This document shows positions 37,484-47,955 of a DNA stretch of 64,000 nt, piece by piece. This stretch comes from an uncultured Bacilli bacterium (GTDB lineage Bacteria > Bacillota_I > Bacilli_A > RF39 > UBA660), in the NCBI GenBank assembly GCA_947630105.1, contig CANRGD010000002.1, forward strand, positions 258 through 64,257, in the 5' to 3' direction. The notes under the pieces are model-generated. The model was not told the origin of the DNA, made no database searches, and saw only the letters and a list, made by a program, of their open reading frames with translations. Position numbers and translations under genes: made by a program. The first letter of the stretch is position 1, and the number at the start of each line of letters is the position of its first letter.

Positions 37484-38365
37484 ATGAAAGATACTAATAA
37501 TAATTATCAAAAAATAAGAATTTCACGAGTAGAGTATCATCATAATAATTATGTAAAAAAATCAAGACTTAGGCTTTGGGCTTTTTTTCTACTTTGTATT
37601 TTTTTTCTTACGTTAATAGGGGGAATGAGTGTTATTTTATTAAAGTGGCATACTGATAATAAAAAGATAAAGAAGTTAAATTCAAATTTAGAAGATATAG
37701 TTAAATCTAAATATATTGATGAAGAAGGTACTTTACAAAATCCTCCTTCGGATAAAGAAAGTGATTATTGGTATTATATAAAGGTTCCTTTTTATAATGT
37801 TGATTTTAATGAACTTTTAAAGAAAAATAAGGATACGGTAGGTTTTATTCATATGAATAGTAGTAATATTAATTATCCAATTGTACAAGCTGATGATAAT
37901 GAGTATTATTTAAATCATGCTTTTGATAAGAGTAAAAATGATGCAGGATGGGTTTTTATGGATGCTAAAAATAATAAGCAGTTTACTGATTTTAATACCA
38001 TAATTTATGGACATGGTCGATTGAATAAAACAGTTTTTGGCTCATTAAAAAATGTTTTAAAAGAAAGTTGGCAAAAGGATAAAGATAATTATACAATTTC
38101 TATTTCCACACCTTCTAAAAATTATGTTTATCAAATTTTTTCGGTATATAATATAAAAAAGGAAAGTTATTATATAAAAAGTACATTTACTAATGAAGAA
38201 GATAAAGAAGAATGGGTAAAAACAATGGTAAAGAGAAATATTGCTCCTATTGAAACTACTGTTGATAGTAATGATCATATTATTACGCTTTCAACGTGTG
38301 AAAATAATAGTGGTGGGAGAATAGTTGTTCATGCCAAACTTATTAAAGAACAAAAAAGGTCCTAA
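37484..38365 (+). CDS. srtB: Class B sortase
   Basis: N-terminal TM segment, NYPIVQADDNEYYLNH, IIYGHG (catalytic His) and ITLSTCE (catalytic Cys), with a late Arg in GGRIVVHA. This motif spacing is typical of SrtB. Confidence 0.8.
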   Translation: MKDTNNNYQKIRISRVEYHHNNYVKKSRLRLWAFFLLCIFFLTLIGGMSVILLKWHTDNKKIKKLNSNLEDIVKSKYIDEEGTLQNPPSDKESDYWYYIKVPFYNVDFNELLKKNKDTVGFIHMNSSNINYPIVQADDNEYYLNHAFDKSKNDAGWVFMDAKNNKQFTDFNTIIYGHGRLNKTVFGSLKNVLKESWQKDKDNYTISISTPSKNYVYQIFSVYNIKKESYYIKSTFTNEEDKEEWVKTMVKRNIAPIETTVDSNDHIITLSTCENNSGGRIVVHAKLIKEQKRS

Positions 38366-38373
38366 GACCTTTT

Positions 38374-39354
38374 TTAATTTTCTCCTTCTTCAAGCATAGT
38401 AGTTATAAAAACTCCATAACCTTTAGAAGTATCATTTAAAATAACATAATTAACAGCTCCAATTAATTTATTATCTTGAATTATGGGTGAACCACTCATT
38501 CCCTGAATTATTCCCCCTGTTTTTTCTAAAAGATTGGCATCAGTTATTTCAAATAATATATTTTTAGTTTTACTACCTTCATCTATTGAAAGAATATTAA
38601 TTGAGAATTCTTCTATTTCTTTAGCATTTATAACTGTTCTTATGTAAGCTTTACCATTATGAATAGTGGAACTGTCCCCTACTTCCATTAATTCTTTGGT
38701 TGAAGTATCATTTGTATAAGTACCAAAAATTCCTGTTAGTTCATTTTCTTTGATAGTACCGTAAACATTATTTTTATTATAGGTAGAATTTTTCTCTCCT
38801 GCCGAACCATCTTTACTTTTAACAATACTTGATACATTAGCTTCATAAATTTCGCCATCTTTTATTTCGAATTTAGAAATAGTAGATTTTTCAATAATTT
38901 CATGTCCTAGAGAACCAAATATTTTACTGGCAGGATCTATATATGATAATGTTCCTATTCCATTTATTCTATCTTTAATATAGAGTCCTGTTTTTAAAAT
39001 ATTATTTTCATCTTTTTCTAATTTAAAAGATATTTCTTTTTCTTTATTATTTCTTAGGACCTTAAAATTTACTTCTCCTTCTAAAGACTCTAAAGCAGTT
39101 GTTAAAGAATTTATATCTGTAATTAAAGTATCATTAACTTTAATAATAATATCACCTATTTGGAAACCAGCATCTTTAGCAATATATTTATTATTTACTT
39201 CATAAAAATCTACAATTAATACTCCTTTGGAATGAACTTCAATACCTATAGTTTCTCCACCTACATATACTTTATTAGAATAGGCAAAAGTATTTATAGG
39301 TATTAATACTAGTAGTAAAATCAAAAATTGTAGCAATTTATTTGATTTTTTCAT
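38374..39354 (-). CDS. spoIVB: SpoIVB peptidase (S55)
   Basis: Signal/anchor sequence, a PDZ-like GFQIGDIIIKVND, then GSLGHEI (His) and IIQGMSGSPI (catalytic Ser). Confidence 0.85.
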   Translation of the reverse strand: MKKSNKLLQFLILLLVLIPINTFAYSNKVYVGGETIGIEVHSKGVLIVDFYEVNNKYIAKDAGFQIGDIIIKVNDTLITDINSLTTALESLEGEVNFKVLRNNKEKEISFKLEKDENNILKTGLYIKDRINGIGTLSYIDPASKIFGSLGHEIIEKSTISKFEIKDGEIYEANVSSIVKSKDGSAGEKNSTYNKNNVYGTIKENELTGIFGTYTNDTSTKELMEVGDSSTIHNGKAYIRTVINAKEIEEFSINILSIDEGSKTKNILFEITDANLLEKTGGIIQGMSGSPIIQDNKLIGAVNYVILNDTSKGYGVFITTMLEEGEN

Positions 39355-39449
39355 AATATTCTCCTTCCATTTTTTGATATTTTACTACATTAGTAGTATG
39401 TGTAATTTATTAAAGATAATTGATAGAAAAAATTACCAAAAAAAAGATG

Positions 39450-39698
39450 TTATTCTTCAACTTTGAAGTCTACAACATCTCCATTTTGATTTACTAATTT
39501 TGTTACTGCTTCTTCGGCATTTTTTAATTTTTCATCACATAATTTAGCTAAAGTAATAGCTTTATTAAATTCTTCAATAGCATTATCTAAAGGAATATCA
39601 CCTATTTCTAATTTTTTGACAATTTCTTCCAATTTTTCTAAGCCTTCTTCAAAACTTAAGTTTTCTATTGTTACTTCTTTTTCTTTATTTTTTTCCAT
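39450..39698 (-). CDS. xseB: Exodeoxyribonuclease VII small subunit
   Basis: LSFEEGLEKLEEIVKKLEIGDIPLDNAIEEFNKAITLAKLC in an 82-aa protein downstream of xseA. Confidence 0.9.
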   Translation of the reverse strand: MEKNKEKEVTIENLSFEEGLEKLEEIVKKLEIGDIPLDNAIEEFNKAITLAKLCDEKLKNAEEAVTKLVNQNGDVVDFKVEE

Positions 39699-39708
39699 TT
39701 TTTTCCTC

Positions 39709-40962
39709 CTATAAAATTTTGGCTTTTATTATTCCATCATCAAATTCAATATTAATTTTAGTATCGGGTTTTAAAGCTTTAGCAGAACTTATAACTTTAT
39801 CATTACTTTTTACAATTGTATAGCCTCTTTTTAAAGTTGCAAGTGGACTTAAGGTTTCTAATTTTGAAACTATTTGTAAATACTTATTAGCTTTTTTATC
39901 AATTAGTTGATGAGGACTTTTTAAAATATAAGAATTTTTTAAAGTTAATAATTTTTTTTCTTTTATATTTATTAAATTGAGACTACTATGTTTTAAACGT
40001 TCAATTAAATTATCAAACAGCATATCTTTAGCTTGATAGATCATAATTGGATTTTTAAAGATGGATCTATTTTTAAGATCAGTTATTTTATTTTTATAGT
40101 TTTTAATTTTGTTTCCCATAGCAGAATTAATTCTAATATTTATTTGATCTAAATAGTTTATTACATCACCTATTTGAGGAACAGCCATTTCAGCAGCACC
40201 AGTGGGAGTTGGGGCTCGTAAATCGGCGACAAAATCGGCTATTGTAAAGTCAATTTCATGGCCTACAGCACTTATAACGGGAGTTTTACATTCATAGATT
40301 GCTCGGGCAACTATTTCTTCATTAAAGGGCCATAAGTCTTCAATACTACCTCCTCCCCTACCAACAATTAAAGTATCTAAATCATAATTTTCGCTTACTT
40401 TTATTTGTTTAACAATATCATCTTTAGCAGCTTCTCCTTGCACTAGAGCAGGAAATAATAAAATCTCAGTTAAGGGCCATCTTCTTTTAATTGTTGAGAT
40501 TATGTCTTTTATAGCAGCTCCTGTTGGAGCAGTTACAACACCAATTCTTTTAGGAAATTTGGGAATTGGTTTTTTTAACTCTTTAGCAAATAGGCCTTCT
40601 AATTCTAATTTTTTCTTTAATTGTTCAAAAGCTATGTATAAATTACCAATACCATCTTCTAACATATCAGAGACATATATTTGATAAGCTCCAGTTGCTT
40701 CAAAGACACTGATTTTGCCAGTTAATAATACTTTCATTCCATCTTGCGGAGTAAACTTTATTTTTTTAGTATTAGAGACAAACATTATGGCATTAATTCT
40801 ACTATTTTCATCTTTTAAAGTAAAGTAAAAGTGTCCTCTACTATGAGCTTTAAAGTTAGAAATTTCGCCTTTTAAAAAAACTTCATTTAAATTTATATCA
40901 TTATCAATTTTATATTTTATATATCTTGTTAGTTGTGTTACACTTATATATTTATCATTCAT
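39709..40962 (-). CDS. xseA: Exodeoxyribonuclease VII large subunit
   Basis: OB-fold N-terminus (VFLKGEISNFKAHSRGHFYFTLKD), the catalytic core IGVVTAPTGAAIKDI...GRGGGSIEDLWPFNEE, and a coiled-coil C-terminus. Confidence 0.92.
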   Translation of the reverse strand: MNDKYISVTQLTRYIKYKIDNDINLNEVFLKGEISNFKAHSRGHFYFTLKDENSRINAIMFVSNTKKIKFTPQDGMKVLLTGKISVFEATGAYQIYVSDMLEDGIGNLYIAFEQLKKKLELEGLFAKELKKPIPKFPKRIGVVTAPTGAAIKDIISTIKRRWPLTEILLFPALVQGEAAKDDIVKQIKVSENYDLDTLIVGRGGGSIEDLWPFNEEIVARAIYECKTPVISAVGHEIDFTIADFVADLRAPTPTGAAEMAVPQIGDVINYLDQINIRINSAMGNKIKNYKNKITDLKNRSIFKNPIMIYQAKDMLFDNLIERLKHSSLNLINIKEKKLLTLKNSYILKSPHQLIDKKANKYLQIVSKLETLSPLATLKRGYTIVKSNDKVISSAKALKPDTKINIEFDDGIIKAKIL

Positions 40963-40970
40963 CTTTTCAC

Positions 40971-41372
40971 CTAATCAATTTCATCATGGTATATTTTATC
41001 TAAGACACCATTAATCATTTTAGTTACTGCTTCATCAGAATATTTTTTTGATAATTCGATAGCTTCATTAATTGCTACTACACTAGGAGTATCTGTATAT
41101 TTAAGTTCATAAATTCCTAGTAATAAAATAGCTTGATCAACTTTATTAAGACGATCGATTGTCCAATTTTGTAAGTATTTATTAGCAACTATATTAAGAT
41201 CTTTTAGATGAGAAATTATGCCTTTTACACTGGATAAGACAAATTCATTTTCCACTTCTAGTTGTTCTTTTACTAACTCAGTTATATTATACTTAATTTT
41301 AGCATCTTCATATATTTTTATTTGATAAATAACTTTAATTATTATTTCTCTTAATTCACTGCGATTTTTCAT
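40971..41372 (-). CDS. nusB: Transcription antitermination factor NusB
   Basis: 133-aa all-helical protein with [18 protein letters not shown]...[13 protein letters not shown], the NusB signature. The nusB-xseA-xseB order is conserved. Confidence 0.85.
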   Translation of the reverse strand: MKNRSELREIIIKVIYQIKIYEDAKIKYNITELVKEQLEVENEFVLSSVKGIISHLKDLNIVANKYLQNWTIDRLNKVDQAILLLGIYELKYTDTPSVVAINEAIELSKKYSDEAVTKMINGVLDKIYHDEID

Positions 41373-41418
41373 ATTATCACCAACCTCATTTTATCATATA
41401 TTAATAATATTTAATATC

Positions 41419-43971
41419 TTATTTTTTTTCTTTTATTTGTTTTTTTAAATCATATAAAAAATTAAGGGCTTCCATAGGGGTCATTTCTAAAGGGTTAATT
41501 TGTTTCATAGCTTCTTCGGTTTTATTTTTCTTTTCTTCACTTTCTGCTTCACTTAACTCAAATAAAGAGGTTTGTGTGAAAACTTCTTTTTTAGTGCTTT
41601 TCTTTTCATAAACATCAAGAATTTCTTTGGCTCTTTTAATTAGTGAGGGCGGAAGTTTGGCAAGAGAAGCTACATGAATACCATAACTTTTATCAACGGC
41701 ACCATTTTTAATTTTATGGAGAAAAGTTACAGTACCATTTTCTTCGATGGCTGAAGCATGGACGTTTTTTAAGTGTTTTAAATCTCTTTCTAAAGCTGTT
41801 AATTCATGGTAATGAGTTGAAAACATAGTTTTGGCTTTTATTTTATCATGAATATATTCTAATATTGCTTGAGCTAAACTCATTCCATCATATGTGGCGG
41901 TTCCTCTACCTAATTCGTCAAAAAGAATAAGACTATTTTCTGTTGCTTCACTAATAGCATTATTAGCTTCTTTCATTTCTACCATAAAAGTAGATTCTCC
42001 ACTGACTAAATCATCACTAGCACCTATTCTAGTAAAAATTTTATCAAAAATAGGGATAGTACAACTTTTACATGGTACAAAGCAGCCCATTTGAGCCATG
42101 ATAATAGTTATGGCACATTGACGCATATAAGTTGATTTACCAGCCATATTAGGCCCAGTTATTAATAAGATATCTGTTGTTTTATCCATTATAATATCAT
42201 TAGGAATATATTTGTCTTTCATAACTTGTTCAACGACTGGATGACGACAATCAAGCATTTTTATTACTTTTTCATCAGTTATAGTAGGTCTTACAAATTT
42301 ATAAGTATCACTTACTATAGAAAAAGATTGTAGCATATCTAATTCACTAATTATTTTACTTGTCTGTTGAAGTTTTGATATATAACGTTTTACTACTTCT
42401 CTAATATCCATAAATATTTTATATTCTAAATTTATTATTTTTTCTTCGGCACCTAAAATAATATTTTCTTTTTCTTTTAAGACAGGTGTAATAAAGCGTT
42501 CACAATTAGCTAGAGTTTGTTTTCTTTCATAACCATATTCTTCTTTAATAAGATGGGTTTGACCTTTTGATACTTCAATAAAATAACCAAATACTTTGTT
42601 AAAGCCAACTTTTAAGGTTTTAATTTTTGTTCTTTTCCTTTCTTCTTGTTCCATTTCTAAGATAAAATCTTTAGAACCACTACTAATCTTTTTTAATTCA
42701 TCAAGTTCTACATTATATCCTGGTTTTATTAAATGTCCTTCATGTAAAGTAAAAGGAGCATCTTCTAGAATAGTTTTATCTAGTAGGGAATATAACTCTT
42801 CAAAAGTTTCAAGTTTTTTATCATATTTTAGTTGTGTTAGAATTTCTTGAAGCTTAGGCAAAACTTTAATAGAACTTTTTAATTGTAATAAATCTTTAGC
42901 ATTTAAATTTCCATAAGTTATTCTACTACATAAGCGTTCTAAATCATAAACTTGCGCTAAATTATCAATTAATTCATCTCGTAAGATAAATTCTGTTGAT
43001 AACTTGGAAACTATTTCATAGCGTCTTTCAATTTCTTTTTTATCTGTTAAAGGATTTTCAATATTATGCTTTAAATATCTACTACCCATAGCTGTTTTAT
43101 TTTTATCTAATAACCATAAAAGACTATTTTGTCTTTCTCTATTACGAATTGTTTCTACTAATTCTAAGTTCTTTTTAGTAGCGGCATCAAATTCTAAATA
43201 TTCTGAGGACTTTATGATAAGACATTTTTGAAGATGATGAAGATCGCCTTTTTTAGCATCAACAATATAATACAATAAATGTTTTAATGTTCTAATTAAT
43301 CTGATATCTTCTATATTTTTATATATATATTCATAATTTTTATCATTTAATTCTTCTTTTGTTATCGTAACTAAAATATCATAATTAGTTCGTAATTTTT
43401 CAACTATTTCTCGGTCAATAGTATCATTTACTATTATTTCTTTAAAATTATTTTTAATTATTTCTTTTATAACTTTGTCCGTTTCTCCTTCTACAAGAGT
43501 AGCATAAACTTCTCCCGTTGAAATATCTATGTAACTAATACCATAGCAATAAGAGAAAGAAAATATATTAGCAATAAAGTTATTATTCTTAGAATCAATA
43601 TTAGCATCAATTCTTGTTCCTTTAGTAATAACTTGTATGACATCCCTTTTAACCATGCCTTTTACTTCTTTGGGATCTTCTAATTGTTCACAAATAGCAA
43701 CTTTATAACCTTTATCGACTAATTCATCAACATAAGAGGCATAGGCGTGATGAGGAATTCCACACATTGGGACTCTTTCATCAAGACCGGCTTGTTTACC
43801 TGTTAAAGCAAGTTCTAAAATTCTAGATGTTAAAATAGCATCATCAAAGAACATCTCATAAAAATCTCCTAAGCGAAAAAAAAGAATACAGTCTTCATAT
43901 TTATCTTTAATATCCATGTATTGTTGCATCATAGGACTTAATTTTTCTCTATTTACTTCACAACGTTTCAT
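41419..43971 (-). CDS. mutS: DNA mismatch repair protein MutS
   Basis: N-terminal TPMMQQY.DIK...FFRLGDFYEMF mismatch-binding motif, Walker A GPNMAGKSTYMRQ, and DELGRGT. Confidence 0.95.
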   Translation of the reverse strand: MKRCEVNREKLSPMMQQYMDIKDKYEDCILFFRLGDFYEMFFDDAILTSRILELALTGKQAGLDERVPMCGIPHHAYASYVDELVDKGYKVAICEQLEDPKEVKGMVKRDVIQVITKGTRIDANIDSKNNNFIANIFSFSYCYGISYIDISTGEVYATLVEGETDKVIKEIIKNNFKEIIVNDTIDREIVEKLRTNYDILVTITKEELNDKNYEYIYKNIEDIRLIRTLKHLLYYIVDAKKGDLHHLQKCLIIKSSEYLEFDAATKKNLELVETIRNRERQNSLLWLLDKNKTAMGSRYLKHNIENPLTDKKEIERRYEIVSKLSTEFILRDELIDNLAQVYDLERLCSRITYGNLNAKDLLQLKSSIKVLPKLQEILTQLKYDKKLETFEELYSLLDKTILEDAPFTLHEGHLIKPGYNVELDELKKISSGSKDFILEMEQEERKRTKIKTLKVGFNKVFGYFIEVSKGQTHLIKEEYGYERKQTLANCERFITPVLKEKENIILGAEEKIINLEYKIFMDIREVVKRYISKLQQTSKIISELDMLQSFSIVSDTYKFVRPTITDEKVIKMLDCRHPVVEQVMKDKYIPNDIIMDKTTDILLITGPNMAGKSTYMRQCAITIIMAQMGCFVPCKSCTIPIFDKIFTRIGASDDLVSGESTFMVEMKEANNAISEATENSLILFDELGRGTATYDGMSLAQAILEYIHDKIKAKTMFSTHYHELTALERDLKHLKNVHASAIEENGTVTFLHKIKNGAVDKSYGIHVASLAKLPPSLIKRAKEILDVYEKKSTKKEVFTQTSLFELSEAESEEKKNKTEEAMKQINPLEMTPMEALNFLYDLKKQIKEKK

Positions 43972-44027
43972 ATTACTTCACCACTAAATTTATTATAACA
44001 AAAAAAGCTTTTCTATTAAAGAAAAAC

Positions 44028-44933
44028 TTAAAAGCCTCGGGAACTTCCACCCCCACCGGATGAGCCTCCACCGCCTGAGAAACCTCCTCCACTAGAAAAG
44101 CCTCCACCAAAGCTACTACCACCGCCATAATAATTACCATTAGAGCTAATATTACTTGAACCAGCAAAAAAGCCAAAAAGTTCTGCTACTAAAGACATGG
44201 AAAAAAACAATTGAAATTGGTAATAGAAAAAGATTACTACAGCTATATTTATAATAATTATAATAGGTATTAAGATTTTACTTTTCTTTTTTTTATATAT
44301 ACTATTTTTTGAATAAGTACCTAATAATAAGCCGATGCAAAAGAATACTCCAACTATAGGTATAAGATATATAATATATGAATTATCAACTGTAGTAGTT
44401 GGAGAGACAGCATTAATTTCAACATCAGGGGCAGTTAAATTATAATAAGCATATATTTTTTTTAAAAAAGCAAAATAGCCATTTTTTATACCTTCATCCC
44501 ACTTATTTTCTTTAAAATATGGAATGATATATTGATCTTGATAGCGTCCTGTGAGACCATCTGTTAAAACTCCTTCTAAGCCATATCCTACTTCTACTCG
44601 AACTTGTCTTTCTTCTAATGCTACTAAAATTAGAAGTCCATTATTTTCTTTTTTATCTCCTATTTTAAAAGATCTAAATAGCTTTGTAGCATATGTTTCA
44701 AGGTCCATTCCCTCTAAATTATTTACTGTTACAATTACTATTTGGGCTTTAGTTTTATTAGCAAGTTCTTTAGAATAATTAAATATAGTATTTTCTAACT
44801 CATCAGATATTATATTAGCATAATCATTAACATAAAACTTTTCTGTTGGTTTTACTAAAGCATTTACACTATTTATATTAAATAAAATGCTTATAAAGAG
44901 AAATATAGAAAATATTTTTAATAATTTTTTCAT
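44028..44933 (-). CDS. TPM domain protein (YgcG-like) with TM segments and a Gly/Ser-rich tail
   Basis: Signal peptide, a TPM core YVNDYANIIS...AQIVIVTVNNLEG...NNGLLILVALEERQVRVEVGYGLEG, and a C-terminal GGGFSSGGGFSGGGGSSGGGGSSRGF. Confidence 0.85.
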   Translation of the reverse strand: MKKLLKIFSIFLFISILFNINSVNALVKPTEKFYVNDYANIISDELENTIFNYSKELANKTKAQIVIVTVNNLEGMDLETYATKLFRSFKIGDKKENNGLLILVALEERQVRVEVGYGLEGVLTDGLTGRYQDQYIIPYFKENKWDEGIKNGYFAFLKKIYAYYNLTAPDVEINAVSPTTTVDNSYIIYLIPIVGVFFCIGLLLGTYSKNSIYKKKKSKILIPIIIIINIAVVIFFYYQFQLFFSMSLVAELFGFFAGSSNISSNGNYYGGGSSFGGGFSSGGGFSGGGGSSGGGGSSRGF

Positions 44934-44984
44934 TTTTCACCTCTCAATAGATAATATTTTAACTTAATATAGGGTTAGGTATTT

Positions 44985-46025
44985 TTAACTATAATTATAG
45001 TTATTTACTACTTCAGTAAAATCTTGTTTGGTTAGTTTTTTAAAGTCTCTTTTAAATCTTTCATATTCACTATTCCAAGATGAATATAGGGAATCTTTTC
45101 TATGATCTGGTAGACTATAATGCTCTTTTAAATATTTAGCAAAATATAAAGTATACTTAGTTGAACCATAAACATTTAAATGTGATGAATTGTATAAATC
45201 TTTATTATAATCAATATTTAATTCTTTAACATTATTAAAATTAATTACCTCAAAGCCTTTTTCTTTAATTATTTTTATGGCCATATTTGTTTTTTTCATA
45301 TAAGTATCGTTAGAAAAAGATCTAGAAGGCAAAACAAATAAAACTTTTATTTGTTCTTTTTTACAATACTCTAATAAATCTATAAGATTTTTTTCATTAA
45401 TTTCTGCTAAATCAATAAGTTCATCTTCAGCAGTAAATGGAGTATATTTTTGAGGCTTTCTTTCAATAGTAGATTCGTTAAATAAATATCCTTTATATAA
45501 GTCTTCTCTATAAAAATTATTAATTGTTATTTCTTTCCATCTATTATGATATAAGGTAAAGGGAAAATAAAAGTTTAAGATATTTTTCTTACTAATTTTA
45601 GCTTGATTTAGGGCCATATTTAAAGCATTTTTTCTAATTTCATCAAAGGGCATTGAATCAATTGTTTTACGAATATCTCCTTCTTTAAAATTTTTAATAT
45701 CATTGGCTGCTAAAGCAAAATCAACTACATAAATTGCATTCTGGTGATGTTTTTTTGCTTCTTGTATTAAATATTTTGTTAAAGAAAAAGGCTGCAAATC
45801 TGTAGATAACAGACCTGTAGTATAACCATATTTATTATAAGCTAAGACAGTGTTAAAATGAGCATAAGCATTACTACTTCCAATATAAACAACATCAAAA
45901 GTATTATCTTTAGCTTTAAAAAAATATTGAATTGAATTTTTATCTAACCATAAAATATTGAAAGTAATATTCCATAATACTAAAAAAATAAGTAAAAAAA
46001 TTATACTTTTAAGTGTTTTTTTCAT
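44985..46025 (-). CDS. Membrane-anchored extracytoplasmic protein in the DltD/AlgX-type (SGNH-like) partner position of the MBOAT gene
   Basis: N-terminal TM segment (start taken at ATG 46025 behind AGGGTGA). VVYIGSSNAYAHF is a candidate Ser block and NSSHLNVYG a candidate His block. It lies 10 nt downstream of the MBOAT gene. Confidence 0.45.
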   Translation of the reverse strand: MKKTLKSIIFLLIFLVLWNITFNILWLDKNSIQYFFKAKDNTFDVVYIGSSNAYAHFNTVLAYNKYGYTTGLLSTDLQPFSLTKYLIQEAKKHHQNAIYVVDFALAANDIKNFKEGDIRKTIDSMPFDEIRKNALNMALNQAKISKKNILNFYFPFTLYHNRWKEITINNFYREDLYKGYLFNESTIERKPQKYTPFTAEDELIDLAEINEKNLIDLLEYCKKEQIKVLFVLPSRSFSNDTYMKKTNMAIKIIKEKGFEVINFNNVKELNIDYNKDLYNSSHLNVYGSTKYTLYFAKYLKEHYSLPDHRKDSLYSSWNSEYERFKRDFKKLTKQDFTEVVNNYNYS

Positions 46026-46035
46026 TTTTATCACC

Positions 46036-47565
46036 CTAAAATTGTCGATATATAAAATCAGTTTTATTATAACTTGGACCGTAACAACCAAATATTATTA
46101 TTGCAAAAATTAATATAAATAATACTCCCCATCTAAAAATAATATTTTGAGAAAACAATTTATCTCTAAGATCACCATTTCGGGATAGAAATTCAACTAT
46201 AAATAATACGATTAAGGAAATAATTAATACTCTAAAATCTAAAAAATCGACTCCAGCAGTATATAAAGAACTATTATCTAATATAATCCAGGGATTCCAT
46301 ATAAACATATTTTTAATAATACTTAAAGCATGGGAGATACTATTTGCGCGAAAGAAAATCATTGAAAAGGAAAATAAGGTAAATGTTCTTATAACTTGAT
46401 ATAATTTATAACTAAAAGTTTTAGTATTAATACCTAATTTATTATTTATTTTTGTAGAAATAGGCTCTAACAAGTCTTCAGCCAAGATAAAAATAAATTG
46501 AAAAATTCCAGAAGCAAGAATATATTTATATTCACCACCATGCCAAATACCTATTATTAACCACATTATAAACATTGATAAATAAAGAGGAATTTTCTTT
46601 CCTTTCTTTTTACCAAATTTTTCTTTACAAATTTTATTTAAATTTTGCATCATATTTGATTTTAATAAAGGATAAAATATATAATCTTTTAACCAAGCCC
46701 CTAAAGTTATATGCCATTTTCTCCAAAATTCTGTAATTGTTTTAGAAAAAAATGGTAAAGAAAAGTTTTCTGGTAATTCTATTCCTAAGATTTCAGAAAT
46801 TCCCATGATAATATCAATTGAACCTGAAAAATTAGTATATAGCTGTAAAGTAAAGAAAAACATAGCAATTATTATAAAAAAGCCATTAAAAGTAGTAACA
46901 TTACTATAAACTGTATTTACATAACTTCCTAGTCTTTCAGATATTACTAATAATTTAAAAATACCCCATAAAATTCTAACTAAACCTCTACACATATTAT
47001 CATAATTGAATTTATGCTTAGCATATAAAGAATATTTCATATCTTTAAATCTTATAAAAGGACCTGATGTTAAAATGGGAAAGTATGACCAAAATAAAGC
47101 TAATTTAAAAATATTTTTTTCTGCTTGGGAAGCATTACGATATATATCAACTAAATAACTAATCATTATTAAGGAGTAATAACTTATTCCTATTAAAGAG
47201 TTATGTTGTTGCATTTTAAATTGATGAGGAATGTTAAATAAGTTAAATATATGGTTAAAGGTTGTTAAAAATAAATTAGTATATTTTAAATAAATTAATA
47301 AAAATAAAAGTATAGATATTCCAATTATTAAAAATATTTTACTTTTTTTAGTATTTTTATATTTATCTAGTAATATACCAAAAAAATATGAAGTTAATAA
47401 AACAATACCAGCTTGAATTAAAGTATTAACTGTAAAATTATTATAAAACAAAAATATTGTACTGGATATTAATAAGACAATCCATTGCAATTTTTTAGGA
47501 ATTAAAAAATAAATAAAAATAGTAATTAAACAAAATATTAAAAAACTTAAAGATATTAAATTCAT
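46036..47565 (-). CDS. MBOAT family O-acyltransferase (DltB/AlgI-like)
   Basis: Polytopic 509-aa protein with FWRKWHITLGAWLKDYIFYPL and IGIWHGG, the two conserved MBOAT His motifs. Confidence 0.85.
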   Translation of the reverse strand: MNLISLSFLIFCLITIFIYFLIPKKLQWIVLLISSTIFLFYNNFTVNTLIQAGIVLLTSYFFGILLDKYKNTKKSKIFLIIGISILLFLLIYLKYTNLFLTTFNHIFNLFNIPHQFKMQQHNSLIGISYYSLIMISYLVDIYRNASQAEKNIFKLALFWSYFPILTSGPFIRFKDMKYSLYAKHKFNYDNMCRGLVRILWGIFKLLVISERLGSYVNTVYSNVTTFNGFFIIIAMFFFTLQLYTNFSGSIDIIMGISEILGIELPENFSLPFFSKTITEFWRKWHITLGAWLKDYIFYPLLKSNMMQNLNKICKEKFGKKKGKKIPLYLSMFIMWLIIGIWHGGEYKYILASGIFQFIFILAEDLLEPISTKINNKLGINTKTFSYKLYQVIRTFTLFSFSMIFFRANSISHALSIIKNMFIWNPWIILDNSSLYTAGVDFLDFRVLIISLIVLFIVEFLSRNGDLRDKLFSQNIIFRWGVLFILIFAIIIFGCYGPSYNKTDFIYRQF

Positions 47566-47948
47566 CTAAAATCTTCCTCTAATAATTCTATTAATCCTAA
47601 ATTCCACATTAAGAAAGCTACTTTTTTATTATTAAACAATATTGCTTCTTTTGGCTCTTTGACTAAAAAAGCACCATCTTTAACTAATTCTTGAATTGTA
47701 TTATCTATATTATTTACACTATAACAGGTATGATATAAGTATTGTTTTTTCTTTAACATATTTTGAACGATGGGTCCACTTATTAATTCTATTTTTATAT
47801 TATCAGCTAATGTTAACATACATAAATAGGCATCTTGATTTTGATCATATACAGTTTCACTTATGTTTTTGATATTTAAATATTTTTTTAATTGTTTTAT
47901 TTCCTCGTTTATATCTTGAGTTGCTATTCCGATATGATGAAATTTCAT
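47562..47948 (-). CDS. VOC (glyoxalase/methylmalonyl-CoA-epimerase fold) family protein
   Basis: The 128-aa protein begins MKFHHIGIATQDINEE, the typical first metal-ligand His strand. A second half-domain ends in ...VAFLMWNLGLIELLEE. Confidence 0.7.
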   Translation of the reverse strand: MKFHHIGIATQDINEEIKQLKKYLNIKNISETVYDQNQDAYLCMLTLADNIKIELISGPIVQNMLKKKQYLYHTCYSVNNIDNTIQELVKDGAFLVKEPKEAILFNNKKVAFLMWNLGLIELLEEDFR

Positions 47949-47955
47949 ACTTCAC

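Noticed and set aside
41419-43971. mutS without an adjacent mutL as evidence of mismatch-repair loss
   Set aside because: mutL may simply be elsewhere in the genome, which cannot be judged from a 64-kb window.
43973-44176. 67-aa ORF overlapping the 3' end of the TPM gene in another frame
   Set aside because: It is produced by the Gly/Ser-rich codon repeats of the TPM tail read out of frame (a VEA/VV low-complexity product), with no independent signals.
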